Part shown: positions 29,417 to 38,869 of the stretch, one piece after another
How the letters are laid out: every line of letters begins with the position of its first letter
Numbering within the stretch: the stretch's first letter is position 1
Source of the DNA: Thermoplasmata archaeon
GTDB lineage: Archaea; Thermoplasmatota; Thermoplasmata; RBG-16-68-12
DNA: 64,000 nucleotides
Assembly: GCA_036395115.1 (NCBI GenBank)
Contig: DASWDU010000011.1
Location: 549-64,548 of the forward strand
Reading direction: 5' to 3'
The notes under the pieces: generated by a model
Told to the model about the DNA's origin: nothing
The model's database searches: none
Seen by the model: the letters and a program-made list of their open reading frames with translations, nothing else
Program-made: the position numbers and the translations under genes

Positions 29417-29659
29417 ATGCCAACTTCCTGGCAGGCTTTCCAAACTGATTGGGGGAATTTTCTGAATTGGCTGAATTCGGGCCCAGGACGTGCTTTCTGC
29501 GGCACGCTACTCGTACTAGTGATTTTGTTCATCGTCTTCTATGTCGCCACACGCCTTCTGGGCAGGGCCCATCGTGCCCTGCTCCCGGAAGCCTCCGAGG
29601 ACGAATCCGGGGTGGAAGGAGCCCCTCGGCCAGAGGACAACAAGGACGGACGAGAGTAG
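29417..29659 (+). CDS. Small single-TM hypothetical protein between the tRNA-Ser repeats
   Basis: 80 aa with TM TLLVLVILFIVFYVA and an acidic tail; lower GC; GCTTTAGG TATA-like box upstream. Confidence 0.55.
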   Translation: MPTSWQAFQTDWGNFLNWLNSGPGRAFCGTLLVLVILFIVFYVATRLLGRAHRALLPEASEDESGVEGAPRPEDNKDGRE

Positions 29660-29748
29660 TTTCACGGCGGGGAGCGTCCCCAAAAACCGGGTTGCTTTCG
29701 AGGAATGGGGGCGGCTCCGTTGCGAATCTGAGTCCGGATCAGCCGAAC

Positions 29749-29828
29749 GGTCGCCTAAGCCCGGTAGGGCGGCGGTCTCGAAAACCGCTGGGTTACCCCT
29801 CGCAGGTTCAAATCCTGCCCTGGGCGCT
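29749..29828 (+). repeat. Near-complete direct repeat of tRNA-Ser(CGA) (att-like remnant or tRNA pseudogene)
   Basis: Matches 29179-29257 except one inserted A (TCGCCTAAGCCC); lacks the 5' acceptor bases GCCCA. Confidence 0.9.
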
Positions 29829-29883
29829 CCGGTGCGAGAGTGGACCGGTCTGGCAGACTCGGGGCCGCGACTGCGGCGCTCGC

Positions 29884-31797
29884 CTACTTCAGGTGCGTGT
29901 CGAACCAACGCAGGTACGCCTTCAGCCGGGCGATTCGGTGCTTCGGCTTCCCCGCGCGCGAGAGATCGTGATTCTCTTTCGGGAACAGGACCATCTCGGC
30001 CTCTTTGCCGTAGTACTTCAGGGCGGTGAAGAACTGGATCGCCTCGACGTGCCAGCAGCGAAGGTCTTCGAACGAATGGACGAGGAGGAGGGGTGTCGTG
30101 ACGTTCCTGACGTAGCGGAGCGGCGACTTCGCCAGCGTCGTCTCCTCGTCGTCCCACGGGTCAACCCCGGTCTGGTCGCGACCGAAGTACGGCCCGATGT
30201 CGCTCGTCCCCCAGAACGTCCACCAGCTCGAGATCGAGCGGTCCGTGACTGCGGCCTTGAACCGGTCTGTGTGGGTCACGACCCAGTTCGTCATGAACCC
30301 ACCGTACGAGCCGCCAGCGACCGCGAGCCGCTTCGCATCGACGAACGGATAATGAGCGATCGCGTAATCGACGGCCTCCATGAGATCCTGGTAATCCCGT
30401 TCGCCGTAGTGCTTGCGGAGGTCCGCGAACGCCTCTGTGTATCCGTCGCTCCCCCGCGGATTCGTGAAGAGGACCGCGTACCCCCTGGCGGCGAACACCT
30501 GGAATTCGTGGAGGTAGCTGTAGCCGAATGCGGTCTTCGGCCCGCCGTGTACGTAGAGGATGGTAGGGACCTTGCCCCGCTTCGACGGCCAGAGGATCCA
30601 ACCTTCGACGTCGACCCCGTCGCTCGCGCGGAAGGTGAAGTGCTCCGGCTTCCGGATCGCCAGATTGGACCGCGCCTCATCGTTGAACGACGTCACCTTG
30701 CGCGGCTCCCCGTCGAATCGGTACAGTTCGGGGAGCGACATCGATTCCATCCCGGTGAAGATCAGGGCGCCGTCGTTCACCTGAAATGCCTCGACGCACC
30801 GTTCGCCGCCGACTAGGCGGTTCACGCGGCGATCCGCGACGTCGAGCGAGCAAAGATGCACGCCGCCGCCCTCCGCCGCGACGAAGTAGATGCGGTCGCC
30901 GACCCACTTCGGATCCGGGCTCATGCCGCCCATGCGGACGTCGCAGTTCAGCGCGTTCGACAGGTTCCGGTCCATCGACTCGAGGCGCTCCGGCGCTCCC
31001 CCTTTTGCGTCGACGACCCACAGGTGTTCGTGCGAGGCGAATCCGCGCGGCAGGTCGTCTCCCCGGAACACGAGCCGCCGGTCGTCCGGGGACCAGCCCA
31101 CGCTCGCGATCTCCATCGTATGTTTCGTCAAAGGGATCGTCTTCCGCGAGGCCACATCGAGCACGAATACGTCTTGGAGGTACGGCCGCACGTCTTCCAT
31201 CTGGGCGACGTACGCGACGCGCTTCCCGTCGTGCGACCACGCCGCCTTCGTGACGTCGAACTCCCCCTTCGTCACCTGCTTGACGGCCTTCGTGGCGAGG
31301 GTCAGGATGAAGGCGTGCTTGCGGAGATTGTAGATGAAGCCTTTGTCGTTGAACCAGAAGTTGATGCGGCGGATCGTACGGACATCCTCGTCGTCTTCGC
31401 CGACGTTCGACAAGAAGAGCACCCGCTTCCCGTCCGGCGACCACGCGGCGCCTTCAATGCCCTCTTCGCGCCGGAGCAAGAGGGTCGCCTCGCCGCCGTC
31501 TGTCGGGATTAGGTAGAGCGCGTTCCCCTTGTCGTCTTTCCCCATCTCCCGCTTCGACGTGAACAAGATCCGCTTCCCGTCGGGGGAGATCTTCGGGGCG
31601 CCATCCTTGCCGGCCGTCGTGAGCTGCCCCGGGGCCGTCCCGTCGAGCGGGACGATCCAGATGTTGCCCTCGTACTCGTCCTTGTCCAGCAGGGCGCGGT
31701 GCACGGAGATCGCCGCGAACGTCCCGTCCGGCGCGAGGCTCGGTTCGGAGAGCATCGCGTAGGCGGCGAGATCCTCGGGTTCGACGGGCTTGGCCAT
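29884..31797 (-). CDS. S9 family peptidase (acylaminoacyl/dipeptidyl aminopeptidase)
   Basis: Beta-propeller WSPDG repeats; VHGGP, GGSYGG (Ser), EDLRC (Asp), ENHDL (His). Confidence 0.93.
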   Translation of the reverse strand: MAKPVEPEDLAAYAMLSEPSLAPDGTFAAISVHRALLDKDEYEGNIWIVPLDGTAPGQLTTAGKDGAPKISPDGKRILFTSKREMGKDDKGNALYLIPTDGGEATLLLRREEGIEGAAWSPDGKRVLFLSNVGEDDEDVRTIRRINFWFNDKGFIYNLRKHAFILTLATKAVKQVTKGEFDVTKAAWSHDGKRVAYVAQMEDVRPYLQDVFVLDVASRKTIPLTKHTMEIASVGWSPDDRRLVFRGDDLPRGFASHEHLWVVDAKGGAPERLESMDRNLSNALNCDVRMGGMSPDPKWVGDRIYFVAAEGGGVHLCSLDVADRRVNRLVGGERCVEAFQVNDGALIFTGMESMSLPELYRFDGEPRKVTSFNDEARSNLAIRKPEHFTFRASDGVDVEGWILWPSKRGKVPTILYVHGGPKTAFGYSYLHEFQVFAARGYAVLFTNPRGSDGYTEAFADLRKHYGERDYQDLMEAVDYAIAHYPFVDAKRLAVAGGSYGGFMTNWVVTHTDRFKAAVTDRSISSWWTFWGTSDIGPYFGRDQTGVDPWDDEETTLAKSPLRYVRNVTTPLLLVHSFEDLRCWHVEAIQFFTALKYYGKEAEMVLFPKENHDLSRAGKPKHRIARLKAYLRWFDTHLK

Positions 31798-31881
31798 GCG
31801 GAGGGCGAGCCCGTCGCGTGTGATAAATTCTGCTCCCACGCCCGCAAGGCTCATCGCCCCCGCCGACTTGTCCCCGAGGCG

Positions 31882-32298
31882 ATGGCCGGCCCGCTGGGCA
31901 AGCTCGCGTACCTGTACGTCGGGACCGCCGACCTCGATCGCGATCTCGACTACTACACGAAGGTTCTCGGGGCGAAGCTCCTCTGGAACTACCACGAGTT
32001 CGGCGCGAAGGTCGCCTCGGTGCGGCTGTGCGACGGGCCGCAGTACATCCTCGCGGACCACCGCCACGCGCCGTCCGTCCTCCCGATCTTTGACGTCGGG
32101 GACCTCAAGGCGACCGCGAAGGACTTGCGTTCGCGTGGCTGGAAGTCCGAGGGGCGCTCGTTCGAGATTCCTCCCGGCCCGTGCCACCTGTTCAAGGACC
32201 CGAGCGGGAACGAGCTCGCGATGTTCGAGAACGTGCGGCCGGGCCTAATGGAAGGGTCTTTCGGGGATGCCGGCATTCGGCGGTTCGGTCGCGGGTGA
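31882..32298 (+). CDS. VOC/glyoxalase family protein
   Basis: DLDRDLDYYTKVLG...FKDPSGNEL. Confidence 0.8.
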   Translation: MAGPLGKLAYLYVGTADLDRDLDYYTKVLGAKLLWNYHEFGAKVASVRLCDGPQYILADHRHAPSVLPIFDVGDLKATAKDLRSRGWKSEGRSFEIPPGPCHLFKDPSGNELAMFENVRPGLMEGSFGDAGIRRFGRG

Positions 32299-32310
32299 CG
32301 GAGGCGATCC

Positions 32311-32703
32311 ATGTTCGAGCACCCGAACGCGACGCTGGTCAACCACCTCTACGACGCGTTCGACAAGAAGGACAACGAGCGGCTCAAGAAGCTGATCGCC
32401 GAGGACGCGGTGTGGTACGTGCCGGGTTCCTCGCCGATTTCCGGCGAACACCGGGGCCATGCGGCGATTTTCGCATACTTCCAGAAGCTCGCGGAGCTCA
32501 GCGGCGGCACGTTCCGCGCGGAGCTCGTCGACATCCTCGCGAGCGACATGCACGCGGTGGCCCTCGCGACCGCGACGGCGAACCGGGACGATCGCGCGTT
32601 CGAGGGCAGCTACCTCCTTCTGATGCGGATCGAGAAAGGGCGGATCCTCGAGGCGCGGCTCTTCATCGACGATCTGGCGGCGTTCGAGGCGTTCTGGGCC
32701 TAG
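32311..32703 (+). CDS. SnoaL-like / NTF2 family protein
   Basis: LYDAFDKKD...AEDAVWYVPGSSPISGEHRGH. Confidence 0.8.
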   Translation: MFEHPNATLVNHLYDAFDKKDNERLKKLIAEDAVWYVPGSSPISGEHRGHAAIFAYFQKLAELSGGTFRAELVDILASDMHAVALATATANRDDRAFEGSYLLLMRIEKGRILEARLFIDDLAAFEAFWA

Positions 32704-32751
32704 GGGCGATGCACCCTGTCGTCGAGCGGCCCTCCTCCGACGCAGCCGACG

Positions 32752-33366
32752 ATGAGTCCGGCGCGGATCGAGACCCTCGCGGACGGCGTGTTCGCGATCG
32801 CGATGACGCTCTTGGCGTTCAACCTCACCGTGCCCGAGGTCCTGCCGATGGAGGATCCGGCCGTCGTCCTCCCGGGCGAACTCGTCGCGCTCTTGCCTCG
32901 CTTCCTCATTTACGCGATTAGCTTCGTGGTCCTCGGCATCTACTGGGTCGCCCACCACGCCCAGTTCCGCGTGATCCACAACGCGGACCGTCCGCTGCTT
33001 TGGATCAACATCCTCTTCCTCATGCTCGTGGCGTTCGTGCCTTTCTCGACCTCCCTGATGAGCCGATATTGGAGCGCGCCCGCGGCGGTCCAGGTGTACG
33101 GGCTCGTGCTCATCCTCATCGGCGGGGCGGGGTACCTGCACTGGTGGTACGCGACCTCGGGACGGCGGCTCGTCCCGCCCTCGACCCCGGATTCCCTGAT
33201 CCGGGCCGCGAAACATCGCATCGCGATCGCGCCGGCCGTGTGCGTCATCGCCATCGCGTTCTCGCCCGTGAACACGGTGGTCAGCATCGCGCTCTACGCG
33301 CTCCTCATCCCGTTCTACATCGCACCCGCGGGCCTCGACCGGCATGTGTTCCGCCAACGCGAGTGA
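32752..33366 (+). CDS. TMEM175 family potassium channel
   Basis: RIETLADGVFAIAMTLL, YAISF..LGIYW.AHH, WINILFL...FVPFST. Confidence 0.88.
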   Translation: MSPARIETLADGVFAIAMTLLAFNLTVPEVLPMEDPAVVLPGELVALLPRFLIYAISFVVLGIYWVAHHAQFRVIHNADRPLLWINILFLMLVAFVPFSTSLMSRYWSAPAAVQVYGLVLILIGGAGYLHWWYATSGRRLVPPSTPDSLIRAAKHRIAIAPAVCVIAIAFSPVNTVVSIALYALLIPFYIAPAGLDRHVFRQRE

Positions 33367-33426
33367 CGTGTGACCATAGCGCCGGGAAGTCGCTCAACAT
33401 ACGCCGCCGTCGCGATGGGAGGCCCC

Positions 33427-34365
33427 ATGTTGGCAGATCTCCAGAATGCGTACATCCAGGCGGTGGAGCGAGCGGGCGAGAGCACGGTCAACGTCAGCAC
33501 GGCACGAGGCCCCTATGGGCCGCCGTTCGGGCCGTGGCCGCGCCGCGGGATCGGGTCGGGCGTGATCCTCGACGAGAAGGGCCACATCCTCACGACGCAC
33601 CACGTGATCGACGGCGCGGACAAGGTCATCGTCGCCTTCACCGACGGGCGCGTCCTCAGCGGGACAGTCGTCGGCGGTGACGAGGAGACGGACGTCGCGG
33701 TCGTGCGCGTCGACGGGAAGGACTTCCGTCGCGCGGACTTCGCGAACTCGGACGAAATCAAGGTCGGCCAGCCGGTGCTCGCGATCGGAAACCCGCTCGG
33801 ATTGCCCGGCGGCCCCACAGTGACGTCGGGCGTGATCAGCTCCCTCCGCCGGAACCTGACGCGATGGCCGGGCGACGGCTTGCCGGTGATCCAGACGGAT
33901 GCGGCCGTGAACCCTGGGAACAGCGGCGGGCCCCTCGTGGACCTGCAGGGTCGCGTGGTCGCGATCAACACCGCGACGATCCCCTACGCGGAAGGCATCG
34001 GCTTCGCGATCCCGATCAACGCGGCGCTCGACGTCGCCCGCCAGATCCTCGAGCACGGGCACGTCCAGCGGGCATGGCTCGGCATCGCCGGATACGACGT
34101 GAACCGACGCCTCGCGGCGTACTACGGGATCACGGCCCGGACCGGCGTGTTCCTCGCCGAGGTGAACGCGAAATCGCCCGCGGACGTCGCGGGACTGCAG
34201 GTCGGCGACGTGATCACGTCCCTCGGCGGCCGGCCCCTGAGCGGGATCGCGGACCTCGTCGAGGCGTTACGGGAGCGGGCGTTCGGCGACACGGTCGAAG
34301 TCGATGCCGAGCGACGCGGGGTGCGGGTGCACGCGACCGTGGCGCTCGCCGTTCGGCCGTATTGA
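33427..34365 (+). CDS. HtrA/DegP-like trypsin protease with PDZ domain
   Basis: GSGVI, LTTHHV, TDVAV, QTDAAVNPGNSGGPL, C-terminal PDZ; start could be 33415 or 33427. Confidence 0.9.
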   Translation: MLADLQNAYIQAVERAGESTVNVSTARGPYGPPFGPWPRRGIGSGVILDEKGHILTTHHVIDGADKVIVAFTDGRVLSGTVVGGDEETDVAVVRVDGKDFRRADFANSDEIKVGQPVLAIGNPLGLPGGPTVTSGVISSLRRNLTRWPGDGLPVIQTDAAVNPGNSGGPLVDLQGRVVAINTATIPYAEGIGFAIPINAALDVARQILEHGHVQRAWLGIAGYDVNRRLAAYYGITARTGVFLAEVNAKSPADVAGLQVGDVITSLGGRPLSGIADLVEALRERAFGDTVEVDAERRGVRVHATVALAVRPY

Positions 34366-34420
34366 TCGAGGCACGGAGCCCAACAACTTCAAATCCGGAG
34401 GCCTCATCGCCCGGTTCGTG

Positions 34421-34606
34421 ATGCGGCCTCCCCACCCGGAAGTCTGCCCGAATTGCGGCAAGCTCACCTGGAACTGGCAGTACCTGTCCGTCCGGGTGTG
34501 GATCGAGTGCGAGCACTGCGGCTACAAGGATAGCGTCAGCAATACGCCGGTGAGCGGGGCGAACACGGACAGCACGTCGCGCAAGTCGACCCGATCGAAG
34601 GCGTAG
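34421..34606 (+). CDS. Small zinc-finger protein
   Basis: CPNCG...CEHCG in 61 aa. Confidence 0.55.
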   Translation: MRPPHPEVCPNCGKLTWNWQYLSVRVWIECEHCGYKDSVSNTPVSGANTDSTSRKSTRSKA

Positions 34607-34678
34607 GCCGCGTCCAGAGCGACCGCCCGTCCAGAAACATGAAGTAGGCCCACGGAGGTGCGGCCTCCGTCGAGATCC

Positions 34679-35053
34679 GTGGTCGCCGTCCTGCAAATCG
34701 TCGGAACCGAACTTCTGGTCATCCTCATCGGCGTCTGTTTCGCCACGCTCCTGGCCGTCATCGTCGCCGCCCTCTGGTTGCACGGGGACGCGCAGAGCCG
34801 TGGGATGGACGCGACCGTGTGGATCGTCCTGCTCATCCTCGCCTCGTTCTTCGGCGGATTCATCGGCTTCGCGATCGTCGTAGTTGTCTACCTCGTCGTG
34901 CGGGGGAACCATCCCGTCGGAGGCGCGATGCCCTACGGATACGTCCCGTACCCGGTCGCCCCGCAGGCGGCTTGTCCCGTCTGCGGCGGTCCGATGACCT
35001 GGTACCCGGAGTACCAGCGCTGGTACTGTCCGTCGTGCGGGCAATACCGCTAG
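34679..35053 (+). CDS. Small membrane protein with C-terminal zinc ribbon
   Basis: TMs with DAQSRGMDATVW, then CPVCGGPMTWYPEYQRWYCPSCGQY; start uncertain (34658 or 34679). Confidence 0.7.
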   Translation: MVAVLQIVGTELLVILIGVCFATLLAVIVAALWLHGDAQSRGMDATVWIVLLILASFFGGFIGFAIVVVVYLVVRGNHPVGGAMPYGYVPYPVAPQAACPVCGGPMTWYPEYQRWYCPSCGQYR

Positions 35054-35126
35054 CGCGTCAGGCGGCGGAACGGCGCCCGGAGCCAAGGGCCGGCGCGTCA
35101 AAAGCCTTGGGTCGCGGGGCGGCGCT

Positions 35127-35294
35127 TCAGGAAATCGGCCACCGGTACGTGACGAGCAGGACGAGCGCCGAGAGGCCGATGCACAAGACGACGACGACCC
35201 ACGGCGGGATCTTCAGCGCCTTCTCGTCCTCTTGGTCGAAGTAGCGGATGAGGCCCGCCGCCGAGTGGAAACCGGAGTCGCGGTCGCGTGCCAT
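35127..35294 (-). CDS. secG: Preprotein translocase subunit Sec61beta (archaeal SecG)
   Basis: SGFHSAAGLIRYFDQED...KIPP followed by a C-terminal TM. Confidence 0.88.
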   Translation of the reverse strand: MARDRDSGFHSAAGLIRYFDQEDEKALKIPPWVVVVLCIGLSALVLLVTYRWPIS

Positions 35295-35405
35295 GCACTC
35301 GCCGTCTCCATGCGGGATGGAATCTAAAACCTTTCGCATCCGGCCCGGGCTGCAGAGGATTAATACGCGGCTTCCGGATGGCGGCTCGCCCCCGGGGGGC
35401 CTTCG

Positions 35406-35678
35406 TTGGCCGAGTCCGACATCGTCTACATCGGCAAGAAGCCGACGATGAACTACGTCCTCGCCGTCGTCACTTACTTCAACGGCGGCTCGCGGGATGT
35501 CGTGGTGAAGGCCCGGGGTCGGTCGATCTCTCGCGCGGTCGACGTCGCGGAGATCGTCCGTGGCCGCTTCGTCCCGGAGGCGAAGGTCCGCGATGTGCGC
35601 ATCGCGACGGAGAAGGTGACGTCGGAGGAAGGCCGCGCGACGAGCGTGAGCAGCATCGAGATCGTCTTGTCGCGATGA
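35406..35678 (+). CDS. albA: DNA/RNA-binding protein Alba
   Basis: [38 protein letters not shown]. Confidence 0.95.
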   Translation: MAESDIVYIGKKPTMNYVLAVVTYFNGGSRDVVVKARGRSISRAVDVAEIVRGRFVPEAKVRDVRIATEKVTSEEGRATSVSSIEIVLSR

Positions 35679-35726
35679 CGCTTGGCGAGAAAGACATTTA
35701 TCATCCTTCCCTTTAGCCGTCGCCGC

Positions 35727-36587
35727 GTGTCGCCGATCGACGTGCTGCTCCTCCTCGCCCTCTTCGCGTTCCTCGCGGGGATCGGGGGGTCGTTCCTCGG
35801 CATCGGCGGCGGCGTCTTCCTGATCCCCTTCATGACGCTCGTCCTGGGGATCGACATCAAGGTCGCAATCGCGACGAGTCTGATTGGCGTCATCGCCACA
35901 TCGTCGGGCGCTGCGTCCGTATACGTGCGGGACCACCTGACGAACTTGCGGCTCGCGATGTTCCTCGAGGTCGCGACCACGCTCGGGGCGATCGTCGGTG
36001 CGGTCGCCGGACTTCTGCTCCCGGGCCCGTACCTCTTCGGCGTGTTCGGGGTCGTCGTGCTGTACGCCGCAGGGGCGATGGCGCGCACCCCCGAGACGGC
36101 GAAGGACCGGGCGTACCAGGCGGGCGAAGAGTCCCCGCTCTCGACTCGCCTGAACCTCGGGAGCGTGTACTTCGATCAGGAAGACCAGGGCGTCTACCGC
36201 TACCGCGTCGACCGTCCGGGCGCGGGCTTCGGCGTCAGCGCGACGGCCGGCCTGTTCTCCGGCCTCCTCGGCGTCGGAGGCGGCTTCATCAAGGTGCCCG
36301 CGATGAACATGCTCATGCGCGTGCCGATGAAGGCCGCGGTGGCGACGAGCAACTTCATGATCGGGGTCACGGCCGCGGCGAGTGCGTTCATCTACTACTC
36401 CCAGGGTTGGGTGAACCCGAGTTACGCGGCGATGGTGATCGTCGGCGTCTTCAGCGGCTCGAACCTCGGCACCCGGGTCCTCGTGCGGTCGAAGGCGCAG
36501 CGGGTCCGGTTCGTGTTTTCGGTCTTCCTCGCGGCGATCGGTATCTTCATGGCCATCCGGGCGGCGGGGATCGAGATGACGCTATGA
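35727..36587 (+). CDS. TauE/SafE (TSUP) family exporter
   Basis: GSFLGIGGG...AIATSL, SGLLGVGGGFIKVPAM, ATSNFMIGVT. Confidence 0.88.
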   Translation: MSPIDVLLLLALFAFLAGIGGSFLGIGGGVFLIPFMTLVLGIDIKVAIATSLIGVIATSSGAASVYVRDHLTNLRLAMFLEVATTLGAIVGAVAGLLLPGPYLFGVFGVVVLYAAGAMARTPETAKDRAYQAGEESPLSTRLNLGSVYFDQEDQGVYRYRVDRPGAGFGVSATAGLFSGLLGVGGGFIKVPAMNMLMRVPMKAAVATSNFMIGVTAAASAFIYYSQGWVNPSYAAMVIVGVFSGSNLGTRVLVRSKAQRVRFVFSVFLAAIGIFMAIRAAGIEMTL

Positions 36588-36988
36588 TGTACCCGCGCGT
36601 CGGCCTGAAGATGGTCCAGAATCGGATTGCCGCGCTGCGCCGCGCGGTCGTCGCGGAAGTCGAGGACATCAACCGCCTCATCTATCACGTCCTCCGGGGC
36701 GGCGTCGTCGTCTCGGTGGCGTTCATCGTGTTCGCTTTCATCCTGGAAAGCCTCGGCGGGGGAGACATTCCGTCGCACTCGATCGCCGCGCGCAACCTCC
36801 TCCCGCAACTCGTCCGCTTCACCCCCGCGGGCTATCTGAACCTCGGGATCCTGCTGATGATCTTCACCCCCGTGGCCCGCGTGGTGCTGAGTTTCCTGTC
36901 GTTCGCGGAGGAGCGGGACCGCACGTACGTCGTGCTGACGGCGTTCGTGCTCCTGAACCTGTCGGTGAGCGTGTTCCTGCTGGCGTGA
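36584..36988 (+). CDS. DUF1634 family membrane protein
   Basis: GILLMIFTPVARV...EERDRTY; overlaps the TauE stop, a common gene pair. Confidence 0.8.
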   Translation: MMYPRVGLKMVQNRIAALRRAVVAEVEDINRLIYHVLRGGVVVSVAFIVFAFILESLGGGDIPSHSIAARNLLPQLVRFTPAGYLNLGILLMIFTPVARVVLSFLSFAEERDRTYVVLTAFVLLNLSVSVFLLA

Positions 36989-37008
36989 GCCTTTAAGGCG
37001 CCCCACGC

Positions 37009-38229
37009 TTGCGGAGGACCGTGGACGAGGTCCTCGCCGCCGCACGCCTGGTCGATTGGTCGAAGCTCGGCGATCGGACGCTGTGCGACGCCTGCCTCGG
37101 TCGCCTCCTCGGCAAGGTCGGCCATGGACACACGAACGAGGAGCGAGGCCGCGCGATCCGGGACGTCACGGGCCGCGCGGACGGGCCGTGCTGGGTGTGC
37201 GCGGGGCTGACGGCCCGCTACGACGGGCTCGCCGAGTTCGTCGTCCGCACGCTCGGGCCGTGGGAGTACGACACGTTCCGCGTCGGCTCGCGGATCGATC
37301 GGGAAGCCTCGGCCCGCGAGGAGTCGCTGTGGTCCGACCTCGCGCTCTCCGCGGCGGAGCCGCTGAAGGCCGAAGTGAATCGCGAAGTCGGAAAGCGCGT
37401 CTCCGAGGCGGTCGACAAGGAGCCGGACGTGGCCGCGCCCGACATCGTCGCGATCCTCGACCCCGCGTTCGACCACGTGGACTTGCAGGTGAACCCGCTC
37501 TATCTCCGCGGCCGCTACCGGAAGGTCGTCCGGGGCGTGCCGCAGACCCGGTGGCCGTGCCGACGGTGCATGGGCAAGGGATGCGCGCGATGCGGCGGGA
37601 CCGGCAAGATGTATCCGACGAGCGTTGAGGAGGCCATCGCCGCCGAGGTCATGCGGGAGTCCGGCGGAACGGGCCACGCGCTCCACGGGATGGGCCGCGA
37701 GGATGTCGACGCGCTCATGCTCGGCCGCGGCCGTCCGTTCATCCTCGAGATCAAGGAGCCTCGTCGCCGGCACATCGATGTCGTGTCCGCGGTCGCCCGC
37801 ATCAACGCGTCCGGCATCGTCGAGGTCGACCAGCTCGTCCCGGCGCGGGGCGCCGACGTCGTCCCGTTGAAAGAGGACCGCGCGGCGAAGACGTACCGCG
37901 TCCTCTTCCGGATGGTCCCTCCCGTCGCGGAAGCAAAGCTTAAAACGGCCGTGCCAGTTTTGGTGGCCGAGCCGATCGCCCAGCGCACCCCCGAACGGGT
38001 CGTTCACCGGCGTGCGGATACCACGAGGCATCGACGCATCCTGGCGGCGGAGGTCGTCCGGGTCGACGAAGACCGCGCGGAGATCCGCGTGACGGCGGAG
38101 GCGGGGACTTACGTCAAGGAGTGGATCCACGGGGACCGCGGAAGGACGTCGCCGTCCCTCGCGGAACGGCTGGGGGTCGCCTGCGAGGTGATCGAGCTCG
38201 ACGTCTTGGACGTCCACGACGACCGGTGA
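37009..38229 (+). CDS. pus10: tRNA pseudouridine(54/55) synthase Pus10
   Basis: LCDACLGR, GRYRK..RGVPQTRWPC, HGMGREDVD, QRTPERV.HRRAD, AGTYVKE..HGD.GRT.PSL. Confidence 0.93.
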   Translation: MRRTVDEVLAAARLVDWSKLGDRTLCDACLGRLLGKVGHGHTNEERGRAIRDVTGRADGPCWVCAGLTARYDGLAEFVVRTLGPWEYDTFRVGSRIDREASAREESLWSDLALSAAEPLKAEVNREVGKRVSEAVDKEPDVAAPDIVAILDPAFDHVDLQVNPLYLRGRYRKVVRGVPQTRWPCRRCMGKGCARCGGTGKMYPTSVEEAIAAEVMRESGGTGHALHGMGREDVDALMLGRGRPFILEIKEPRRRHIDVVSAVARINASGIVEVDQLVPARGADVVPLKEDRAAKTYRVLFRMVPPVAEAKLKTAVPVLVAEPIAQRTPERVVHRRADTTRHRRILAAEVVRVDEDRAEIRVTAEAGTYVKEWIHGDRGRTSPSLAERLGVACEVIELDVLDVHDDR

Positions 38230-38234
38230 GACCG

Positions 38235-38525
38235 ATGGTGAAGGCCTCGAAAGGGATCATGGAGAAGACGCGGCAGAAGTTCCGCCGCAGCCCCCGCGAG
38301 CGCGGGCTCTCCCCGATCACGCGGTCCTTCCAGACGTTCGAGGACGGCGACCGCGTTACGATCGTGATCGACTCGAGCGTCCAGCGCGGCTGGCCACACC
38401 ACCGATTCCACGGCATGACGGGCACCGTCGTCGGGCGGCGCGGCGGCTCGTTCCTCGTCGACGTGCGCTTCGGCGGCAAGATCAAGCAGGCCGTGGTCCG
38501 GCCCGAGCACCTGAGGCGGGCGTAG
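38235..38525 (+). CDS. rpl21e: 50S ribosomal protein L21e
   Basis: MVKASKG..KTRQKF, PHHRFHGMTG, RPEHL. Confidence 0.95.
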   Translation: MVKASKGIMEKTRQKFRRSPRERGLSPITRSFQTFEDGDRVTIVIDSSVQRGWPHHRFHGMTGTVVGRRGGSFLVDVRFGGKIKQAVVRPEHLRRA

Positions 38526-38535
38526 GGGGGAGATC

Positions 38536-38856
38536 ATGGAGGAAATGTTCGTCTCCCTCGCCGAGCTGAAGGTCATCCTCGAGAAAGAGAAAGCCGCCCG
38601 CGGCGAGTTGAACCCAGAGCAGCAATACTCCCTCTCGCACGCGTCTCTCTTCGCCCGCGTGCCCGCGGACAAGGTCCCCGGGATCGTGAAGGAGCTCATG
38701 GAGGTCCCCATGATGTCGCCCTTCAACGCGGTGAAGATTGCCGACCTGATGCCGACCCACTTGGACGACGTCCGCGCGATCTTCGCCAAGGAACGGTTCG
38801 CCCTCTCCAAAGAGGATGCGGAGAAAGTCCTCGAGATCGTGGGGAAGTACCGCTGA
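38536..38856 (+). CDS. rpo4: RNA polymerase subunit Rpo4 (RpoF)
   Basis: EQQYSLSH, AVKIADLMP...VRAIFAKE; conserved L21e-RpoF-DUF655 order. Confidence 0.9.
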   Translation: MEEMFVSLAELKVILEKEKAARGELNPEQQYSLSHASLFARVPADKVPGIVKELMEVPMMSPFNAVKIADLMPTHLDDVRAIFAKERFALSKEDAEKVLEIVGKYR

Positions 38857-38869
38857 CGAGGCGAGCCGC

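Noticed and set aside
29749..29828. Second functional tRNA-Ser gene or split tRNA
   Set aside because: The 5' acceptor strand is not complementary (CGAACGG vs CCTGGGC), there is an insertion in the D arm, and no leader/trailer complementarity is visible; treated as an att-like remnant.
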